Below, in pieces: positions 1-9,044 of a DNA stretch of 64,000 bases. Every line of letters begins with the position of its first letter. Positions within the stretch are counted from its first letter, which is position 1. The position numbers and the translations under genes are program-made. The notes below the pieces were generated by a model that was given only the letters and a program-made list of their open reading frames with translations, was not told where the DNA came from and ran no database searches. The DNA is taken from the IMG/VR virus record IMGVR_UViG_3300042261_000615; one strand, given 5' to 3'. The DNA is from an uncultured virus (IMG/VR IMGVR_UViG_3300042261_000615) (taxonomy: Duplodnaviria > Heunggongvirae > Uroviricota > Caudoviricetes).

Positions 1-47
1 GATAAACAAGCCTTACATAGTTAAAGAATGTTAAATGATGTTAAAGT

Positions 48-626
48 TTATTTGGAAGATACAAATCTACCCGTTTCATCAGTTTTCAATTTTCTATTTT
101 TTAATTGCTGATATCGGTCATTATATAATGTAGTACCATCATCCAATCCATATCTATCAATAAACCAATGTAACGTAAATCTTCCTTTGGCTTTGGATTT
201 CATTAAATTCATAGTTTCATCAGTATGAGTTTTACCATACATACCATTACTTTCACCTGAATTTATTTTTGTCATTTTATCAATCCACTCCGTATATTCA
301 GTAGTTTCTTTTCTATCTTTCCACATATCACCGCCACCACCAACATAAGTATCATTATATCCGGTTTTAACGGAATTATAAGCTAAAATAAGTTGTTCTT
401 CAATTTTTTGAGATTGGTCTGAATCAACTTCACATATAATCTCCTTTATCATATTATCCCAACCATATTTACGTATGGCTTTATGAATTGAATTTTTTGA
501 ATGTTTAGTTAAAGCGTTACACTTATGTTCGTGCATTCTACCTATAAAATTATTAGTCCTACCAATATATACTTTCCCGATTGGAGATTGTATTTTATAA
601 ATCACATCTTTATCCATAGAATTCAT
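48..626 (-). CDS. GIY-YIG homing endonuclease with a NUMOD3-type segment
   Basis: N-terminal IYKIQSPIGKVYIGRT..RM.EH and GYN motifs; NGMYGKTHTDET resembles NUMOD3; lies directly downstream of the major capsid gene. Confidence 0.85.
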   Translation of the reverse strand: MNSMDKDVIYKIQSPIGKVYIGRTNNFIGRMHEHKCNALTKHSKNSIHKAIRKYGWDNMIKEIICEVDSDQSQKIEEQLILAYNSVKTGYNDTYVGGGGDMWKDRKETTEYTEWIDKMTKINSGESNGMYGKTHTDETMNLMKSKAKGRFTLHWFIDRYGLDDGTTLYNDRYQQLKNRKLKTDETGRFVSSK

Positions 627-666
627 TTTATATATATATAAAAAGAGTTTTATGATAAAAGAGCAT

Positions 667-694
667 AAAAAAAAGGGAGATTTCTCTCCCTTTT
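667..694 (-). terminator. Rho-independent terminator after the major capsid gene
   Basis: aaaagggaga-tttc-tctccctttt inverted repeat with an A-run on + (U-run on the minus strand). Confidence 0.8.
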
Positions 695-716
695 AGTTAT
701 TTAGATTCGTTATAGA

Positions 717-2324
717 TTAAATCAAAGATAAATCTTTAACATAAATCTTACCATAATACTCAGGTCTGACCATCTTCTTAGCGTAACGAGTCATTACTCC
801 GCGTCTTGGTGTGAAGTTTTGTGGGTCGTATACCAACGGAGTCATAATCAGCGGAACGTATGGAGCGTATACAGCGCCAGTTTCCAAGAAGTTGTTACCA
901 CGGTAACCCATAAGGATTTCGTTAGAAGTCATATAAGGGTTCTTATATACGGTGTAACGATTGTTCATCGAACCGATTTGAGTAACACCAGCTGCGAATT
1001 GCAATGCATCCTTTTCAGCGTTCACCATGAAACCAGGGATGGATTCAAGGATAGTGCAAACATCAGGAGAAGCAACGATGAAGTTAGCACCACCACGAAG
1101 TGTCAATTGATGGATCTTGTTAGATACCTTATTCAATTTAACACCCAATGTTTGATACCAAGTATTCTTTTGGTAGTAAGGAGTAGTTGCTCCAGTAGAC
1201 CAAGTTCCGTTACCTTGATATTCTTGACCGATAGTTGCTGACCAATAATCGGTAGTCAAAGCGTTTGATTTCAACATGTCAAGGATTTCCAAATCAATTT
1301 CCAAAGAAATGTAATCACTCAACATAGAAGTCAATTCAGCTTCAGCGTCGATAGAGTGGTAAGCGTTCAAGTCTTGCGCAAGTTCAGGAGTCCATACGGC
1401 TTTCAACTTACGAGTCTTAGCAACGATGGCTTCAGACTTCATTTCCAAATCAATTTCTGGAATATCAAGAGGAGTAATAGTACTACCTTCAGACTTATCT
1501 TCAAAGTCACCACGGTTGTAAGCGGCAGGAACTTTACTGTAATAAACGCTTACGCTAGATGTAAGTGTATTAGCCATATTGGTAGATGCTGAAATAAACA
1601 TAGAAGCGCTCGACAACGTAGCGTTGTAGCTATTCAATCCGTTCAAATTAGTTGAGAACGTAGTACCTTCGGTACCTGATACGACGAAAGAACGAACAGT
1701 ATCCAAGTCAGGAGTAGTAAATACGCTGGTTGGGAAGGAAATTTTCTTAACTTCACCAGCAGCAACTGAAGCTGAAAGAGAACCGTTGAAACCGGTGTCA
1801 GCCCAAGATGCGGTAACGACGTTAGCCGACGTTACAGCCACAGTGGATTCGTTAGTTGAATAACTATAACGACCATCACCATAAAGACCGTTTACAGCAG
1901 CATCGGTACGACCAAACAAAGTTCCAGTACCCCCGAATAGAGATTTGCTTGCAAACAATGGGCTACCAGGTTGGTTAGTACCATATTTGAAGTCAAGATA
2001 GAATACAAGACCTGAAGGTAAGTTCATAGGTTGTACACTAACGAATTCCTTTGCAGCGATTTCACCGAAGATACGGCGAACCAAAGGAAGAGCTACACCA
2101 CTCCATTCTTCCGAACCAGCGGAAGTACCAGTTTGAGTTGCTTCATCAAGCAATTGTTTTGCTTGGTTTTCCAAAAGAACAGCCATTTGGCTTTGTTCTC
2201 TGTCTTTAAGGCCTTCAAGAAGACCAGTTTTTTGCCATTTAGTTCTAAGACCACGGGTCTCTGCCAACATAACGGCTTGAGGGTTCTTACCCTCCATCAA
2301 TTTAGATAAATCAAAATTTGCCAT
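717..2324 (-). CDS. Major capsid protein (T4 gp23-like)
   Basis: Motifs VQPMNLPSGLVFYLDF, AKTRKLKAVWTPELAQDLNAYHSIDAEAEL, YAPYVPL and PRRGVMTRYA are typical of the gp23 family. Confidence 0.96.
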   Translation of the reverse strand: MANFDLSKLMEGKNPQAVMLAETRGLRTKWQKTGLLEGLKDREQSQMAVLLENQAKQLLDEATQTGTSAGSEEWSGVALPLVRRIFGEIAAKEFVSVQPMNLPSGLVFYLDFKYGTNQPGSPLFASKSLFGGTGTLFGRTDAAVNGLYGDGRYSYSTNESTVAVTSANVVTASWADTGFNGSLSASVAAGEVKKISFPTSVFTTPDLDTVRSFVVSGTEGTTFSTNLNGLNSYNATLSSASMFISASTNMANTLTSSVSVYYSKVPAAYNRGDFEDKSEGSTITPLDIPEIDLEMKSEAIVAKTRKLKAVWTPELAQDLNAYHSIDAEAELTSMLSDYISLEIDLEILDMLKSNALTTDYWSATIGQEYQGNGTWSTGATTPYYQKNTWYQTLGVKLNKVSNKIHQLTLRGGANFIVASPDVCTILESIPGFMVNAEKDALQFAAGVTQIGSMNNRYTVYKNPYMTSNEILMGYRGNNFLETGAVYAPYVPLIMTPLVYDPQNFTPRRGVMTRYAKKMVRPEYYGKIYVKDLSLI

Positions 2325-2350
2325 TGTTATTTCTTTTTGTTTTTGTTAAA

Positions 2351-3382
2351 TTATTTGATACCTGCCAATTGTTTGAAACGATTAGCCATAGCATCTGAGC
2401 TTTCACTGATGATTTCTTTTTTAGGAGCGGTAGATTTGGTAGCTTTGGAAGCAAAACCTTCAGTCATTGCCTTCTTTACACTAACCTTTCTTTCAGTTCC
2501 GGTAAATTTCATCGATTCAGCCAAAGTAGCGTAAACAAGTTTCACTTCTCTTACAGAATTAGTTCTGTCCAAGTTTTCAACCACTTTAATTTTTTGTTCA
2601 TTTGTTAAATTGTATGAACGGAACAATTTGTTTGAATAAAGAAGTTTTGCATTCAACAGATTTACTTCATTGATAGTATTCTTCAACGATTTGATGGTTT
2701 TATATGCTTCATCAAGTTCAGCTTCCAATTCATCAGTTTTATCTGCTTCTTCTTCTTCTTTAACTTCTTCTTCATCATCACCATATCCCATTTCACGAAG
2801 AATTTCATCCAAATCAATTGTATCATCTTCATCAGAATCTTCTTCCTCTTGTACAGGTTCAGTTTCATCATCTTCGATGTCCAAATCAAGTTCTTCATCA
2901 TCATCTTCTGCAATTTGGTCTTCACCACATTCGGTGCAACCTTCTTCCTCTTCCATTGGTTCTTCTTCATCAGATTCACCTTCCAATTCACGAATGATAG
3001 CTTCAAGATCTAAATCATCTTCATCACCATCAGCAGGCATAGAGCCATCTTCATCACCATCAGGTTCAGTATGACCTTCTTCCTCTTCTTCTTCCATCGG
3101 TTCTTCTTCAGTAGGAAGTTCTTCTTCCTCTTCTTCATCAACCGGTTCTTCAACAGGAGCTTCTTCTTCTTCCTCTTCTTCGGTTACTTCTTCATCACCA
3201 TCAGTTACTTGGTCTAAATCATCATCTTCTTCTGCCATTTCAGCTTGAAGTTTTTTAGATAAAATTGATTGTAGACGTGGAGTAAATGCTTCTTCTAAAG
3301 CGATTTTAGCATTAGCGATTGCAGTTTCACGTACAGCTTTGGCATCAGCGATAGCTTCCTTCAACAATTTTGAATTTGCCAT
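2351..3382 (-). CDS. Prohead scaffolding/core protein (gp22-like role)
   Basis: Very acidic middle region and coiled-coil ends; C-terminal RFKQLAGIK; immediately upstream of the capsid gene. Confidence 0.8.
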   Translation of the reverse strand: MANSKLLKEAIADAKAVRETAIANAKIALEEAFTPRLQSILSKKLQAEMAEEDDDLDQVTDGDEEVTEEEEEEEAPVEEPVDEEEEEELPTEEEPMEEEEEEGHTEPDGDEDGSMPADGDEDDLDLEAIIRELEGESDEEEPMEEEEGCTECGEDQIAEDDDEELDLDIEDDETEPVQEEEDSDEDDTIDLDEILREMGYGDDEEEVKEEEEADKTDELEAELDEAYKTIKSLKNTINEVNLLNAKLLYSNKLFRSYNLTNEQKIKVVENLDRTNSVREVKLVYATLAESMKFTGTERKVSVKKAMTEGFASKATKSTAPKKEIISESSDAMANRFKQLAGIK

Positions 3383-3525
3383 TTTTGTGTTATAGTTTCT
3401 TTGATACTCTGAAGCTATTTGTAGATTATATCAGCTTCAATATAGTTTTGTGATAACATTACAAAATGTAAGTATTTAATATCACAGTCATTAAACCTAA
3501 AGGAAATAGGTTATTTTATTTAATA

Positions 3526-3533
3526 ATAAATAT
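3526..3533 (-). promoter_or_regulatory. Putative late promoter ATATTTAT for scaffold and capsid genes
   Basis: Same motif as found upstream of many operons in this window; follows a terminator. Confidence 0.6.
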
Positions 3534-3595
3534 ACATGATTTTAAGAAAACGTAAAAAAATACAAAAAATAAATTATTATTTTCATTATTTCATT

Positions 3596-3623
3596 AAAAA
3601 GGGGAACTTATTAAGCTCCCCTT
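3596..3623 (-). terminator. Rho-independent terminator
   Basis: aaaaaggggaacttattaagctcccctt hairpin just after the stop at 3634. Confidence 0.7.
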
Positions 3624-3633
3624 ATATCAAAGT

Positions 3634-3948
3634 TCATCGTTCTTGAACAAAAACTTTATTATTTATATGCGTTGCATTCCCACTTCGCATCCAATCTACC
3701 ATAGCGGCGTAATATACTTCATCCTTTAATTGAGAAATGTGGTACACTCCCATACCAGCTGTGGATTTTCCCTTCGGTTCTTTTGTACTAATTGCAGTAT
3801 GCGTACTATCAATATACATTAGATAATACGGATATTTTACACCACGCATCGATACGTAGAATTTAACAACATCGTATTCTGATGGAGCCGATTCGTTCAA
3901 TTTAGATATCTCCTCTCTAATAATTTGCCTTAATTCTGATTTTTTCAT
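3634..3948 (-). CDS. MKKSEL-leader protein (putative internal head protein)
   Basis: Begins MKKSELRQIIREEISKLNE. Confidence 0.7.
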   Translation of the reverse strand: MKKSELRQIIREEISKLNESAPSEYDVVKFYVSMRGVKYPYYLMYIDSTHTAISTKEPKGKSTAGMGVYHISQLKDEVYYAAMVDWMRSGNATHINNKVFVQER

Positions 3949-4079
3949 CGTCCTTGTCCTCTGTATTTTTTAGGCTTTTCTTCTTTTGGGCCATATTTCT
4001 TTTTAATCCGACCCGTCTTATTCTCACCAAATGTAATCTTTTCTGAGTTGGAAGTTGATTTAGTCTTTGTCTTTGCCAT
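3945..4079 (-). CDS. 44-aa basic peptide ending KKYRGQGR (not in the ORF track)
   Basis: Translated by hand as MAKTKTKSTSNSEKITFGENKTGRIKKKYGPKEEKPKKYRGQGR; its TGA overlaps the next ATG (ATGA); similar KxYRGQG peptides occur in T4-like phages. Confidence 0.75.
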   Translation of the reverse strand: MAKTKTKSTSNSEKITFGENKTGRIKKKYGPKEEKPKKYRGQGR

Positions 4080-4112
4080 TTTTTCGATAACTTTTATTGT
4101 TAAACGAAACCT

Positions 4113-4349
4113 TTATTTTTTATTCGAACGTTCTTTGATTACACCATCCGAAAACATTTTATGCAATTTCATAGATGAACTATATTTCTCATCATCCCCC
4201 ATAGATTTGGTAGATGCAGCATCTTTGGATGTATTCGGGTGCTTCTTTATATATTCACGCTTTTCCTCAGGTGATAATTCCGACCACCAATCGGAATGTG
4301 CGTTATTCAATTCTTCTCTGACAATCCGTCTCAATTCTGATTTTTTCAT
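4113..4349 (-). CDS. MKKSEL-leader protein
   Basis: Begins MKKSELRRIVREELN; contains WWSELSPEEKREYIKKHP. Confidence 0.7.
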   Translation of the reverse strand: MKKSELRRIVREELNNAHSDWWSELSPEEKREYIKKHPNTSKDAASTKSMGDDEKYSSSMKLHKMFSDGVIKERSNKK

Positions 4350-4352
4350 AAT

Positions 4353-4709
4353 TTAATCTCCTGTATATTTTTTGTTGCCATAAGTGGATCTTACACTGGA
4401 TGATCCTGATTTGTAATACGTATCCCATTTTGAATTGGAACGTTCTTTGACTGAAAATGATGATGGTTTCCATTGAGTAATTATAGCGTTACCCCATCGT
4501 TTTATAAATCTCGATTTCCATTCGGAAAATCGTGATTCCGAACCAACCCCTAAAGTAGCATCAAAAGTATCAGGGAGCCATACCATACCATCCCTATCCG
4601 TATACTTCGATATAGTAGCCCATGATAATGAACCAACTTTCAATTCAACACTCTCATTGATTCGTTGTATTTCTTCCCTGATAATTTTCTGCAATTCGGA
4701 TTTTTTCAT
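4353..4709 (-). CDS. MKKSEL-leader protein
   Basis: Begins MKKSELQKIIREEIQRINE. Confidence 0.7.
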   Translation of the reverse strand: MKKSELQKIIREEIQRINESVELKVGSLSWATISKYTDRDGMVWLPDTFDATLGVGSESRFSEWKSRFIKRWGNAIITQWKPSSFSVKERSNSKWDTYYKSGSSSVRSTYGNKKYTGD

Positions 4710-5008
4710 TCTTCTATATTAGTATCATCATCGTTTTTATTCTTACCGAATATCTTACCAGCCTCAGCGATTCCAAATGCACCCAATGTAATAATAACAA
4801 AAGAATTGAATACTATATCGTTTATCACTAAATCTTTACCCATAATACCAGTAACAATATCTGCCCCTGCAAACAATACCATAACTGCAAATGCTGCAAA
4901 ACCAACTACTGATTTTTCATTGATATCGTTTGAATCTTTGAACATATCTGAAAATTTGCCCATAGTTCTTTTTCGTTTAATTGTTTCGTTTAACGTAACC
5001 ATTGGCAT
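4706..5008 (-). CDS. Small two-TM membrane protein (holin-like)
   Basis: Two hydrophobic stretches (SVVGFAAFAVMVLFAGA and IVFNSFVIITLGAFGIA) and a charged C-terminus; promoter motif 14 nt upstream. Confidence 0.5.
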   Translation of the reverse strand: MPMVTLNETIKRKRTMGKFSDMFKDSNDINEKSVVGFAAFAVMVLFAGADIVTGIMGKDLVINDIVFNSFVIITLGAFGIAEAGKIFGKNKNDDDTNIEE

Positions 5009-5029
5009 AACTTATTGTTTATATAAATA

Positions 5030-5338
5030 TCACAATTTTTTAATTAAGTATTCAGTATCAATCAATACAGAATACCCACTTCCTTTATGTTTGTAGTCCG
5101 GTGTACATCTTATACCAATACGTTTCCATATATACGAACCCAGCAACGAAGATATATCGGAATTATCCAAATTTTTATTCGATTTGAATGTGTCTATACG
5201 TTGCAAATCATCAGATGTTTTTGGAATAAATGTAAATCCACAGTCGTGTGTACTTATCAAAAAAGTAATACTACCAGCATCCCTAAATGGAATTGCCGCA
5301 GTAATAGATGATTCAGTTATAAGATTTTTTAACTTCAT
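5030..5338 (-). CDS. Hypothetical protein with MKLKNLITE leader
   Basis: Tightly packed ORF; short leader ending in Glu. Confidence 0.6.
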   Translation of the reverse strand: MKLKNLITESSITAAIPFRDAGSITFLISTHDCGFTFIPKTSDDLQRIDTFKSNKNLDNSDISSLLGSYIWKRIGIRCTPDYKHKGSGYSVLIDTEYLIKKL

Positions 5339-5340
5339 AA

Positions 5341-6042
5341 TTAAAATACATTAGGTGTTTTAAGTTTAACCCAACCACCGCCGGGCAAATCAAATAATCT
5401 TGATGGTATATTTAGAATACCATCTTTTGGCAACTTACTATGATATTGACTATCAATATGCAGTACCTTAACAATATAAGTTCTATTTTTATGGTCAGCC
5501 CCCCGCAATTCCACTTCTAACGGTACTGGAGTTCCACCTATTTTAATCTTTCCTTTATAGATATTTCCGATGGTATGACGGGATTCCCCTATTTGGTGTA
5601 TATGTTCCAAATCATCTACATAATCATCTTTGAACGTAGAATCCATCTTATTGTATTGTTTTTTCTTAACAGGTTCATAACCTCTCTTTATCTTATTCCA
5701 ATCATGTTTCCAAGACTGCAATCCAGGTATCTTATCAGTACTGTCATCCCAATCATAAGTCTCCTCCTCGGCGGGGCTACCCAAACGGTCTCCATACATT
5801 GACGCGTGATGGTGCTGATTGAAGTTACGTTCAGCTGTACTATCTTCTTTCCCTGACAACCCTGTGTTGAAATGCGGTGCACCTTCGGTTTTCTGTTTAT
5901 TCACCTCAATGGCTTGCAATTGCTTCACTGCGGACTTGTATGTAGTATGTGTACCAAGCCGTTTTCCACCGGTTTTGGAATATACAACCCATTTACCATC
6001 AATATGACGTATAATCTCAACTAATAAATTCCTTAATTTCAT
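5341..6042 (-). CDS. Hypothetical head-module protein with MKLRNLLVE leader
   Basis: ATGA overlap with the upstream gene; GKWVVYSKTGGKRLGTH motif. Confidence 0.6.
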   Translation of the reverse strand: MKLRNLLVEIIRHIDGKWVVYSKTGGKRLGTHTTYKSAVKQLQAIEVNKQKTEGAPHFNTGLSGKEDSTAERNFNQHHHASMYGDRLGSPAEEETYDWDDSTDKIPGLQSWKHDWNKIKRGYEPVKKKQYNKMDSTFKDDYVDDLEHIHQIGESRHTIGNIYKGKIKIGGTPVPLEVELRGADHKNRTYIVKVLHIDSQYHSKLPKDGILNIPSRLFDLPGGGWVKLKTPNVF

Positions 6043-6350
6043 TTTGATTGGTTACGATATTTTTCCATAATTTTGACTATATTAAGTATAGCGTCATCTT
6101 TAGATTTTTGCCCAGCCTTATAACTATGGTATTCAGTTGCTATCTGTGAATTGAGTTTATATGGTAATGATGGTATTGCCCATTTCAAATATCTAACCAA
6201 CTTATTGTAGTCAGTTACCTTATTTACGTTGTAGTTTATGATACGGTGGCCTATCTCAGTAAATACCTTATCCCAATAATCAGAAAATTTATCCTCATTC
6301 AATTTAGAAAGTTCTTCTCTGATTAACTGTCTCAATTCAGATTTTTTCAT
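6039..6350 (-). CDS. MKKSEL-leader protein
   Basis: Begins MKKSELRQLIREELSKLNE. Confidence 0.7.
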   Translation of the reverse strand: MKKSELRQLIREELSKLNEDKFSDYWDKVFTEIGHRIINYNVNKVTDYNKLVRYLKWAIPSLPYKLNSQIATEYHSYKAGQKSKDDAILNIVKIMEKYRNQSK

Positions 6351-6904
6351 TTCAATATGTAAATATTTCTATCGGTTTTATCACCATCCGATATGGTATT
6401 CAATTTTGATTTTGCATCATTTACATCCGATGCATTTATAAAGAATACAGTACCATGTCCGTTCTTTGCATTTTGTTTATAGGAGTCCGACCAAATTCCG
6501 CCCTTACCTTTATATTTTGCCCGTTGTTTGGCTTTTGGTAGATTATCGTTTATACGGTCAGCCCATAAAACAAACACATCCTCATTCACTTTATCGGATT
6601 GGTCGTAATATCCACTATTAGCCTGCTCAATATAATTTTCAGAATTACTTATATGGTCTTGAATCCAGGCAGGAATATCCTTTTCAGTATCACCAATCTT
6701 TTGTTTCAATTCGGTTGCATATCGGATAATACTATCCAACTGCTTTTGAGCCATAGATACTTCGTGATCACCATCTTCTTTAAGTGGAGCAAACGCTCTA
6801 GCATATGGATTGGAAACAACTTTACCAACCACTGCGTTCAACCTACCTTCAAGCGTATCCGGTCCAGCCGGTCTATAATTAAATAATTCCGTTAGTTTAA
6901 TCAT
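6347..6904 (-). CDS. Head-module protein with MIKLTEL leader
   Basis: DHEVSMAQKQL...IPAWIQDHI motif; first 17 aa identical to the neighbouring gene. Confidence 0.65.
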   Translation of the reverse strand: MIKLTELFNYRPAGPDTLEGRLNAVVGKVVSNPYARAFAPLKEDGDHEVSMAQKQLDSIIRYATELKQKIGDTEKDIPAWIQDHISNSENYIEQANSGYYDQSDKVNEDVFVLWADRINDNLPKAKQRAKYKGKGGIWSDSYKQNAKNGHGTVFFINASDVNDAKSKLNTISDGDKTDRNIYILK

Positions 6905-7212
6905 AATTTCATTTTTTCATATTTATACCAAACTTCGACAATGTTTTCTCCCATTGTTTGTCAGTAACCCAATCATATTTTTCAGAACCAATTTCGTAAT
7001 ATGCGTCATACACCTTACCAAGTTGGTCAATTGTGTACTTTGTCTTTTTTGACAATGCAGTAACAAACTTGTTCTTACTCCATATAGGTAGTTCATTAAC
7101 CAATGCATCGACTAATTTTTCATAATCAGTATTTTCGTTCAGCCGAACCCCATCCGTATCCGGTCCAGCCGGTCTATAATTAAATAATTCCGTTAGTTTA
7201 ATCATAATTTCA
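6854..7212. repeat. Exact 58-bp direct repeat (6854-6911 and 7155-7212)
   Basis: cgtatccggtccagccggtctataattaaataattccgttagtttaatcataatttca occurs twice and encodes the start region plus MIKLTELFNYRPAGPDT. Confidence 0.95.
6909..7205 (-). CDS. Hypothetical protein with MIKLTEL leader (start moved to 7205)
   Basis: ATG at 7205 is the equivalent position, in the 58-bp repeat, of the start at 6904. Confidence 0.65.
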   Translation of the reverse strand: MIKLTELFNYRPAGPDTDGVRLNENTDYEKLVDALVNELPIWSKNKFVTALSKKTKYTIDQLGKVYDAYYEIGSEKYDWVTDKQWEKTLSKFGINMKK

Positions 7213-7554
7213 GTTTTTGGCAAATGCAAAGTTCATATCGATTTCTTCGCCGGTATACTTTCTAATGGTGTGAAATACACCCCAAAATGCTTTGTACACA
7301 TGGCCTGCGTATCTAGGGTAGTCCGACCCGGGTACCTTCCACATCCACTCACCTCCACTCATATGATGTGGATTCATTATGATAATAGTATAACCATCTA
7401 GTAAGTTATCCACAATCTTCTGTTGGGGTGGCGTGAATTTTATATTCTTATTCTTCACTATGTCTTTGAAATCCTGTAAAGTGGTTTTACTTTCCGTAAT
7501 CACCTCTTTTTGCAAAATCTCTCGAATAATTTGCCTTAATTCTGATTTTTTCAT
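7210..7554 (-). CDS. MKKSEL-leader protein
   Basis: Begins MKKSELRQIIREILQKEVITE. Confidence 0.7.
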   Translation of the reverse strand: MKKSELRQIIREILQKEVITESKTTLQDFKDIVKNKNIKFTPPQQKIVDNLLDGYTIIIMNPHHMSGGEWMWKVPGSDYPRYAGHVYKAFWGVFHTIRKYTGEEIDMNFAFAKN

Positions 7555-7556
7555 TA

Positions 7557-8132
7557 TTAGTGCTTTTTAGATTTTTTATTTTCTTTGATACCCAACCGTT
7601 CACGCATAACTTCTTCGGGAATGTCAGCTATTTGGTAATATCTGTTGAGGATATTTCCCATGTCCTCATACAAAGCATGCATTCTTTCATCCAACGCCTT
7701 TGCATCGCTGGATACTTTATCAAACTGCTTTTGCATCTTGTCCAATTCACTCATATTACGTTTTACAGTTACAGCATCAAACCAATCTTCAGTCTCATTC
7801 AAAGTCAACTCCTTAGCAGCCTCAACTATACCACCCAACGTTTTTGATACTTCGACAATATCCGATGGTCTTTGCATTTGTTTTTGATACGAATTGTATG
7901 TTGATATTATTTCCAAAAGCAATCTTTTGGTTTTAGTGTCCAATATTTTATGTTCACCATCCAAATTCTCCTTTAAGCTGAATTTGCCATCGGTAATCTT
8001 AACTTCACTCAAATTTGTCTTTCGAATATCGTTGTAACCCTTAGCTACATGATTTTCGTATTTTGATTTTTTAACATTCAAATCAAATTTGTTTTTATGT
8101 ACATAATCGTATATGTCAAATCCTTTTTTCAT
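7557..8132 (-). CDS. Helical head-module protein (putative prohead core)
   Basis: Coiled-coil with DWFDAVTVKRNM and LYEDMGNILNRYY; located in the head cluster. Confidence 0.55.
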   Translation of the reverse strand: MKKGFDIYDYVHKNKFDLNVKKSKYENHVAKGYNDIRKTNLSEVKITDGKFSLKENLDGEHKILDTKTKRLLLEIISTYNSYQKQMQRPSDIVEVSKTLGGIVEAAKELTLNETEDWFDAVTVKRNMSELDKMQKQFDKVSSDAKALDERMHALYEDMGNILNRYYQIADIPEEVMRERLGIKENKKSKKH

Positions 8133-8138
8133 TGTTAT

Positions 8139-9038
8139 TTATTTTTTATCTAACTTAAAATATATTTCGTTTTTAATTCGGTGGAATGTATCGAATGCCA
8201 ATTTTTCATTTCCTGTAAAATTCATTTTCAACCCAATATCTTTTGAACGAACACCCTGCTTTGCCAACTTCTCAATCTGAGCGGCAATTGGTTTTGATAC
8301 AACCTGAGTTGGAGTATCTACTTCAATTATATGTGCAAATTCTTCGTTTATAGTACTTTCATTTTGTTTGAAGGTATGCAACATATAAACTTTAGTTTTA
8401 CTATTAGTATCTAAAAAATCAATTTTTATAGATTTTATAGATTTATCAATATATCGTAAAACTGTAAGTCTTGGTTGTAATGCTTTCACAATTTCTTTCG
8501 GACTTTTATTATAGTGGTTAGCGAGAGTTATAATTTGAGAATTTTTCTCTAAATCTGCATTAAATGATTCAACTGCCGATTTATAATCAATTTCGTTTAT
8601 CTTACCCTCAAACTTAAAATCTTGCTTTTCCATAGAACCAGCACTCTTTACAGCCAACAACCCCTGTTTTGATTTTGGAATTTTCAAATTAGCAATAAAC
8701 TTTTGCTTCGCATCCCAAAGACTAGTCGCTTCAGTTTCATGTTTCTGCCCATTGTAAAATCCAATGAATTTGGTTTCGGATAATTCGGATACACCTTCCT
8801 TTATCTTAAAATACTTATTGAACTCCTGCCAAACAATTTCGGCTTGGTCACTCTTAATTCTATTTTGCTTTAGTGTATCTTCCAACCCCCGTTTCATATC
8901 AGGTATATTGTTGTTATACTTTTGTTTAAGCATTCTAAATATATTTTTTGATTGAATACGAGTCGAAGCCCATTCATCATATTCGTGCAACTTAGCGATT
9001 TCCTCACCAATTATATTCCGTAATTCTGATTTTTTCAT
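8139..9038 (-). CDS. MKKSEL-leader multi-segment protein
   Basis: Begins MKKSELRNIIGEEIAKLHE; internal IKE, LSE and INE junctions separate short segments. Confidence 0.7.
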   Translation of the reverse strand: MKKSELRNIIGEEIAKLHEYDEWASTRIQSKNIFRMLKQKYNNNIPDMKRGLEDTLKQNRIKSDQAEIVWQEFNKYFKIKEGVSELSETKFIGFYNGQKHETEATSLWDAKQKFIANLKIPKSKQGLLAVKSAGSMEKQDFKFEGKINEIDYKSAVESFNADLEKNSQIITLANHYNKSPKEIVKALQPRLTVLRYIDKSIKSIKIDFLDTNSKTKVYMLHTFKQNESTINEEFAHIIEVDTPTQVVSKPIAAQIEKLAKQGVRSKDIGLKMNFTGNEKLAFDTFHRIKNEIYFKLDKK

Positions 9039-9044
9039 GTTATA

